A stretch of DNA of 63,117 nucleotides from Actinomycetota bacterium (GTDB taxonomy: Bacteria; Actinomycetota; Aquicultoria; UBA3085; Oleimmundimicrobiaceae), in NCBI GenBank assembly GCA_011046085.1, contig DSBK01000051.1, positions 1 through 63,117 of the forward strand, read 5' to 3'. A program made the position numbers and the translations under genes. Shown here one piece after another: positions 58,403-63,117 of the stretch; position 1 is the first letter of the stretch; every line of letters begins with the position of its first letter. A model generated the notes under the pieces. That model did not search any database and had not been told where the DNA came from. It saw only the letters and a program-made list of their open reading frames with translations.

Positions 58403-59597
58403 TTTGATAGAAGAGGCCATAAGCGATATTAAGAATGGAAAAATAGTAATTGTTTGTGATGACGAAAATAGAGAAAACGAAGGCGATTTTATTATAGCTG
58501 CAGAAAAAGTGATTCCTGAATCGATAAATTTTATGGCAAAACACGGACGGGGCCTTATTTGTATGCCATGTTTAAACGAACGACTTGATGAACTTGAGAT
58601 TCCGTTAATGGTAACGAATAACACAAATACACACGAGACAGCTTTTGCTGTTTCGGTTGGAGCAAAAAACAAAATAACAACGGGAATTTCGGCTCATGAC
58701 AGAGCGGCCACAATCCTATCAATTGTAGATCCCCAAACAAAAGCCTCCGACATGTCGATGCCCGGTCACATTTTTCCCTTACGCGCGAAAAAGGGTGGTG
58801 TTCTTGAAAGAGCTGGTCATACGGAGGCAGCCGTGGATTTGGCAAAATTAGCCGGACTTTTTCCTGCGGGTGTCATTTGTGAAATTATGAATGACGATGG
58901 CACCATGGCAAGGGTTCCCGAGCTCGAAAAAGTAGCCAAGAAATTCAATTTAAAGATGATAACCGTGTCTGATTTGATAAGATATCGCCGCCGTAATGAA
59001 AAACTGGTTAAACAAGTTGCTGAAATAAATTTGCCTACTGAGTTTGGAAAATTTAAGGCGATAGCTTATGAAAGCTTTGTGGACAACGAATGTCATATTG
59101 CCATAGTTAAAGGTGATGTAGCTGGCAAAAGAAATGTTCTTGTCAGGGTTCATTCCGAATGTCTGACGGGTGATATTTTTCATTCATTGAGATGTGACTG
59201 CGGCAGTCAATTAAAGAATGCCCTCAAAAGAATTGACGATGAAGGTGAAGGTGTATTGCTTTATATAATCGGTCAAGAAGGTAGAGGCGTGGGGCTTATA
59301 AATAAACTTAAGGCCTACGAGTTGCAAGAGAAAGGGGTAGATACCGTTGAAGCCAACGAGCAACTTGGATTTCCGGCGGATTTACGAGATTATGGGATAG
59401 GCGCTCAAGTTCTTGTTGACCTCGGGCTAACTACCATTCGTTTAATGACAAATAACCCAACAAAAATTGTCGGACTGGAGGGATATGGTTTAAAGATTAC
59501 CGAAAGGGTTCCTTTGGAAATAATGCCCAACAAAGAGAATATTGAGTATCTAAAAACAAAAAAAGAAAAACTAAATCATTTATTAGATAACGCATAA
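58392..59597 (+). CDS. ribBA: Bifunctional DHBP synthase / GTP cyclohydrolase II
   Basis: [17 protein letters not shown] and VICEI, then [26 protein letters not shown] and LMTNNP. Confidence 0.97.
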   Translation: MPFDLIEEAISDIKNGKIVIVCDDENRENEGDFIIAAEKVIPESINFMAKHGRGLICMPCLNERLDELEIPLMVTNNTNTHETAFAVSVGAKNKITTGISAHDRAATILSIVDPQTKASDMSMPGHIFPLRAKKGGVLERAGHTEAAVDLAKLAGLFPAGVICEIMNDDGTMARVPELEKVAKKFNLKMITVSDLIRYRRRNEKLVKQVAEINLPTEFGKFKAIAYESFVDNECHIAIVKGDVAGKRNVLVRVHSECLTGDIFHSLRCDCGSQLKNALKRIDDEGEGVLLYIIGQEGRGVGLINKLKAYELQEKGVDTVEANEQLGFPADLRDYGIGAQVLVDLGLTTIRLMTNNPTKIVGLEGYGLKITERVPLEIMPNKENIEYLKTKKEKLNHLLDNA

Positions 59598-59616
59598 AAT
59601 ATTTAGGAGGAATGCT

Positions 59617-60081
59617 ATGAAAACCTATAAAGGGAAATTGATTGCCACAAATTTAAAATTTGGAATTGTGGTAAGCAGATTTAATGATTTCTTAAGCGCC
59701 AAACTTTTAGATGGCGCGTTGGACGCTCTTAAAAGGCATGGCGCAAAAGAAGATGATATTGATATCGCTTGGACGCCTGGTTCTTATGAACTTCCACTAA
59801 TAATTAAGAAAATGGCCGGTAACGGAAGATATAATGCTTTAATTTCTTTAGGGGTAATCATCAGGGGAGACACTCCTCATTTTGAGTATGTGGCAAACGA
59901 GGCTGCAAAGGGTATAGCTAAGGTTAGCCTAGATTCAGGGACCCCAATTGCATTTGGTGTTATTACTTCAGATGATCTTGAGCAAGCAATAGAACGTGCG
60001 GGCGCAAAATCGGGTAATAAGGGTTGGCAAGCCGCTCTTTCGGCCATCGAAATGGCAAACCTTGTTAAAGAAATACATTAA
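59617..60081 (+). CDS. ribH: Lumazine synthase
   Basis: [35 protein letters not shown] motifs. Confidence 0.97.
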   Translation: MKTYKGKLIATNLKFGIVVSRFNDFLSAKLLDGALDALKRHGAKEDDIDIAWTPGSYELPLIIKKMAGNGRYNALISLGVIIRGDTPHFEYVANEAAKGIAKVSLDSGTPIAFGVITSDDLEQAIERAGAKSGNKGWQAALSAIEMANLVKEIH

Positions 60082-60093
60082 TTAACTTAGGCG

Positions 60094-60447
60094 GTGATAA
60101 AAATGCTTATAAAAAAACCTTGGGGTGAATTTAAACAGCTCGCCCTCAACCAAACATGCTCGGTCAAGCTTCTCACGGTGAACCCCGGGCAGGAGACAAG
60201 CTTGCATTATCACAACTTAAGGGATGATATGTGGGTAATATTAGATGACGGAATAAGTGTCCAGATTGGCGAGAAGACTTACGAAACAAGGCCGGGCGAT
60301 GAATTTGTCATACCTGCCGAGGAAAATCATAGAATAATCTCCTCAACAGAGAAGGGGCGTGTCCTTGAGATTGCTTTTGGTTATACAAACGAGGAAGACA
60401 TAAATCGATTGGCCGATGATTACGGGAGAAGTTCAGAAAGGAATTAG
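60094..60447 (+). CDS. Cupin protein resembling the type II phosphomannose isomerase C-terminal domain
   Basis: KPWGEF, VKLLTVNPGQETSLHYH...W, FVIPAEENHRI, LEIAFG and EEDINRLADDYGR. Confidence 0.8.
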   Translation: MIKMLIKKPWGEFKQLALNQTCSVKLLTVNPGQETSLHYHNLRDDMWVILDDGISVQIGEKTYETRPGDEFVIPAEENHRIISSTEKGRVLEIAFGYTNEEDINRLADDYGRSSERN

Positions 60448-60579
60448 AAACCTTAAAAAATCGAGATAATTTTTTTAAAAATATTATTGAAATACTAAAG
60501 TATTATTGAAGTGCTGTCGATAAAATTAATTATAAATAAGAGATCGTTTTTTAGTTTTAAAAAAGAGGGGGGGGTAAAA

Positions 60580-60762
60580 ATGTCTGAATGTCCAAATTTA
60601 GAAAAGTGTCCATTTTTTAAAAATCTTAGTTTGGCATCAACAGCCGAGGTTTTAAAAAATAATTATTGTCGCGATAACTTTGAGAATTGTGCTAGGAAAA
60701 AAATCAAGGATTCTGGAGAGCCTGTTCCAGAGAATCTCTGGCCAAATGGCAAAATGGGTTAA
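60580..60762 (+). CDS. Small 4-Cys hypothetical protein (60 aa)
   Basis: ATG 60580 after a G-rich RBS. Sequence MSECPNLEKCPFF...YCRDNFENCAR...VPENLWPN. The track starts it at 60511. Confidence 0.7.
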   Translation: MSECPNLEKCPFFKNLSLASTAEVLKNNYCRDNFENCARKKIKDSGEPVPENLWPNGKMG

Positions 60763-60829
60763 TAAGAATTTTTGTGGTTTGCTTTAAAGTTAAATAAATT
60801 TGTTGACAAAAAAAAATAAATTAAGCGTA

Positions 60830-60866
60830 TAAAAAACGATTAAGAGTATCTTTTAATCGTTTTTTA
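60830..60866. repeat. 14-bp perfect inverted repeat (operator or bidirectional terminator)
   Basis: TAAAAAACGATTAA-N9-TTAATCGTTTTTTA, just downstream of TTGACA (60803-60808) and upstream of the ECF sigma start. Confidence 0.6.
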
Positions 60867-60892
60867 CGTTTTTAAAATAGGAAGGGATAATT

Positions 60893-61453
60893 TTGCAGCA
60901 AGAAGATGATATAAAGGTTGTTGTGGAAGAAGCGAAAAAAGATCCCCAAGCCTTTGTAAAGATATATGATTTGTTCTTTGAAAAAATTTACACTTATGCC
61001 TACTACAAGGTTGGAAATGCAACAGAGGCAGAGGATATAACGGAACAAGTTTTTTTAAAAGCTTTGGAAGCGATCGGAAGATATACGTGGAAAAAAGGGG
61101 TTCCGTTTTCGTCTTGGATTTTTAAGATAGCGCACAACCAAGTAGTTGATTATTTTAGGGCGCAGGGAAAGGTAATAAATAAAGCTATAGACGAAGAACA
61201 GATAAATAAACTCCCTGATGAAAAAAGAAGTTTTGAAGAGGAAGTTGATCTTAAACTGTTATTAGAAGATGCGCAGAAAGCAATATCCAAGTTAAACGAG
61301 GATCAGCAAAGCGTAATACTATTAAAATTTCTAAGCGGTTTTAGTAACGCAGAAATAGCAAATTTTCTTAATAAATCTGAGGGAGCCGTAAAATCCCTTC
61401 AGCATAGGGTGTTGGTTTCGCTAAGGGAGCTTTTAAAGGAGCGCTTCAAATGA
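60893..61453 (+). CDS. ECF-family RNA polymerase sigma factor
   Basis: AEDITEQVFLKA, FSSWIFKIAHN, and region 4 EIANFLNKSEGAVKSLQHR. Confidence 0.94.
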   Translation: MQQEDDIKVVVEEAKKDPQAFVKIYDLFFEKIYTYAYYKVGNATEAEDITEQVFLKALEAIGRYTWKKGVPFSSWIFKIAHNQVVDYFRAQGKVINKAIDEEQINKLPDEKRSFEEEVDLKLLLEDAQKAISKLNEDQQSVILLKFLSGFSNAEIANFLNKSEGAVKSLQHRVLVSLRELLKERFK

Positions 61454-62427
61454 ATCGAGATTTCGAGGAAATTTTAGATAATTGTATAAATCAAATAATT
61501 TTTAGCGAAAAAAGCGTTGAAGAGTGCTTGGCAAAATACCCCGAACATAAAGAAAAATTAAAACACCTCCTTGCCACGCTTTCCAACGTAAGAAAGATAC
61601 CAAAACCGATACCGTCTGCATGCTTTAAGACGGCGCTAAAAGATCGTTTAATAAGACAATTGGAACCGAAAAAAGTAATCCCTTTGTCCGCAAAAAGAAC
61701 GTGGATAGAGAAGTTGTCATCTTTAAAACCAGCAATCGTACAAGTTGCCGCGGGAATTCTAATATTTGTCTTTTTAAGCAGTGGGGTTATGATGGCTTCC
61801 GCGAATAGTTTGCCGGGCGATTCGCTTTATCCCATAAAAATTGCTAAGGAAAATATTCAACTAGCTTTAACCTTTAACAAAATGGCAAAAGCTGAGTTAC
61901 ACCTACAGTTTGCTCAAAGACGTTTATCGGAAATTGAGACGGTTTTAAGAGATGAGAGAGATGCCGATCTCAACAATATAGTAAATTCAATGATAGAGCA
62001 TACAAACGAAGTCGCCGTTTTAGCGGATGAAATTTCAAACAAAAAAAGAGAAGAAATATTAATTAAATTATCAAATTTTATTCAACATAAACAAGAATCC
62101 TTGAAAAAAATTATGGATAAAGCACCAGCTAAAAATAATGATGCCATAAAAGAGACCATAAAAGAGACCATAAAAGAGACCATAAAAGAGATAATCAGGG
62201 TAAACGAGCAGGAAGATATAAAGAATAACCAAGAAAGAAATAATTTGAAAACAACCCCCGAAAAAGAACCCTGTGAAAGAATTGAAAAACAAGATACTTA
62301 CGAGCAAAAAGGAGTCTCGGAGAACTTGGACGATGACTCAAGTGGTCAGGAAGGCGAAGATGAAAATTCAGTGCCAAAAAATGAAATCATAAATGATATG
62401 AACAACATCAGATACGACAAAAAATAG
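61450..62427 (+). CDS. Putative anti-sigma factor (cytoplasmic N-domain, one TM, DUF5667-like domain, acidic tail)
   Basis: 4-nt overlap with the sigma gene, TM helix at about residues 94-117, and SLPGDSLYPIKIAKENIQLALT motif. Confidence 0.8.
   Translation: MNRDFEEILDNCINQIIFSEKSVEECLAKYPEHKEKLKHLLATLSNVRKIPKPIPSACFKTALKDRLIRQLEPKKVIPLSAKRTWIEKLSSLKPAIVQVAAGILIFVFLSSGVMMASANSLPGDSLYPIKIAKENIQLALTFNKMAKAELHLQFAQRRLSEIETVLRDERDADLNNIVNSMIEHTNEVAVLADEISNKKREEILIKLSNFIQHKQESLKKIMDKAPAKNNDAIKETIKETIKETIKEIIRVNEQEDIKNNQERNNLKTTPEKEPCERIEKQDTYEQKGVSENLDDDSSGQEGEDENSVPKNEIINDMNNIRYDKK
62144..62191 (+). repeat. In-frame tandem repeat, 4 x 12 bp (CCATAAAAGAGA)
   Basis: Four exact copies encoding IKET-IKET-IKET-IKEI. 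Confidence 0.95.
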
Positions 62428-62476
62428 GTTTTAGTTTATATTAAAGCTTTTAACGATGTTTGCCGATAAACATTAT

Positions 62477-62562
62477 AAGAACCCTGAGGTTGCTAGGTAA
62501 GACTCTTGAGGGGGATGATCCCTAAAAAACGACCTAGATAACCCCGGTAGGGTTCTTTTTTT
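62477..62562. other. Extended interrupted hairpin ending in a T tract between convergent genes
   Basis: AAGAACCCT/AGGGTTCTT, GGTT/AACC and CTAGGT/ACCTAG nested pairings, followed by T7. Confidence 0.6.
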
Positions 62563-62803
62563 AACTCTTCTTACTTTCTGCTTTATCTGAAGATTTGTCG
62601 CTTGAGGAAATGGGTTTTTCTTTACTTTTTTTTGAATCGGTTTTATAGAAACCAGAACCTTTAAATACGATTCCTACGGGTTGAAAGATCTTCTTTGTTC
62701 TTCCTCCGCAAAATTCACATCTAATCCCCGGTTCTTCATTTATCCCATGATGAACTTCAAAATTAGATTCGCACTCTACGCACCTATATTCATATGTTGG
62801 CAT
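62561..62803 (-). CDS. FmdB family zinc-ribbon protein
   Basis: MPTYEYRCVEC...CEFCGG...FKGSGFYKTD with a Ser/Lys tail. ATG 62803 after GAGG is preferred to the track's 62818. Confidence 0.92.
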   Translation of the reverse strand: MPTYEYRCVECESNFEVHHGINEEPGIRCEFCGGRTKKIFQPVGIVFKGSGFYKTDSKKSKEKPISSSDKSSDKAESKKS

Positions 62804-62828
62804 ACAGTATAACCTCACTCATTACATA

Positions 62829-62958
62829 TTAAGTCCCAAACAACCTTACATTTTCTGAATTCATCTCTTTCTGTACGCGGGTCTTCTTGCCAAAAAGCAA
62901 ATTGATTACCGCGTACTTTCCGAGATAAAAAGATATGTGTCGGCTTCTTGGGACTTAA
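62829..62958 (-). ncRNA. Compact 6S RNA-like rod-shaped ncRNA (putative)
   Basis: 11-bp terminal inverted repeat TTAAGTCCCAA/TTGGGACTTAA with nested stems AGCC/GGTT, ACAT/ATGT, ATCTC/GAGAT, GTACGCGG/CCGCGTAC, TTGC/GCAA and a central bubble. A promoter points at the 5' arm. Confidence 0.55.
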
Positions 62959-62962
62959 ATTA

Positions 62963-62990
62963 ATAATATCAAGCAATTTTTAAAAGTCAA
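62963..62990 (-). promoter_or_regulatory. Sigma70-type promoter for the rod RNA and fmdB
   Basis: Minus strand TTGACT, 16-nt spacer, TATTAT with TGn extension. Predicted +1 is near 62956, the first base of the terminal stem. Confidence 0.65.
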
Positions 62991-63117
62991 TGCTCCGAAT
63001 TGACTCATCAAAAAAGTATCTGAAATTGATTCGTTGCCTCACATAAAAAAGTATTCGAAATAATTGGTCCGCCTAGACTATCTTTGTTACGCATAAGATG
63101 GTCTAAGGAGGCCAATA

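Noticed and set aside
62144-62191. Direct repeats as a CRISPR array
   Set aside because: Units are 12 bp, contiguous, without spacers and in frame within a CDS. No cas genes are present.
1535-62377. The many 60-170 aa antisense or alternate-frame ORFs nested in long genes
   Set aside because: All lie within well-supported housekeeping CDSs, lack recognisable motifs, and are expected shadows of codon bias.

Overview
A 63 kb, AT-rich (about 35-40% GC by eye) chromosomal backbone segment with about 68 CDS, three riboswitches (TPP, SAM-I, FMN) and one probable 6S-like ncRNA. I saw no rRNA, tRNA, CRISPR array, IS or prophage. Two gene orders point to a deep-branching Actinomycetota-like organism (inference): coaD-SepIVA-like-DUF177-rpmF, and rplS-lepB-rnhB-yraN-comM-dprA-xerC-whiG. 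A sulfide-type Thi4 and a ferredoxin-fused ETF suggest an anaerobe. Main blocks, in order: hpt region; TPP-controlled thiE-thi4-thiC-thiL-thiD; HD-GYP gene; rpmB/fak/recG/coaD; a fatty-acid synthesis operon; rnc-smc-ftsY-ffh and ribosomal genes; whiG; SAM-controlled metK; a methylthioadenosine deaminase/phosphorylase pair; priA-def-fmt-rsmB-rpe; the FMN-controlled rib operon; an ECF sigma/anti-sigma pair; fmdB. The most striking observation is a Bcd-like acyl-CoA dehydrogenase plus EtfB plus ferredoxin-fused EtfA embedded between fabH and fabD. The same operon carries a Cys-motif FabK/FabX-like flavoenzyme and has no fabI or fabZ, so this may be an electron-bifurcating module wired into fatty-acid biosynthesis. 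Other highlights are a compact promoter-defined 6S-like rod RNA upstream of fmdB, an FMN riboswitch with a hairpin inserted in its L2 T-loop, and a short GC palindrome that recurs inside two riboswitches and one intergenic region. Two real genes are missing from the ORF track: rpmF and a CcsA-like gene cut by the window edge. All family assignments come from motif recognition without database searches.
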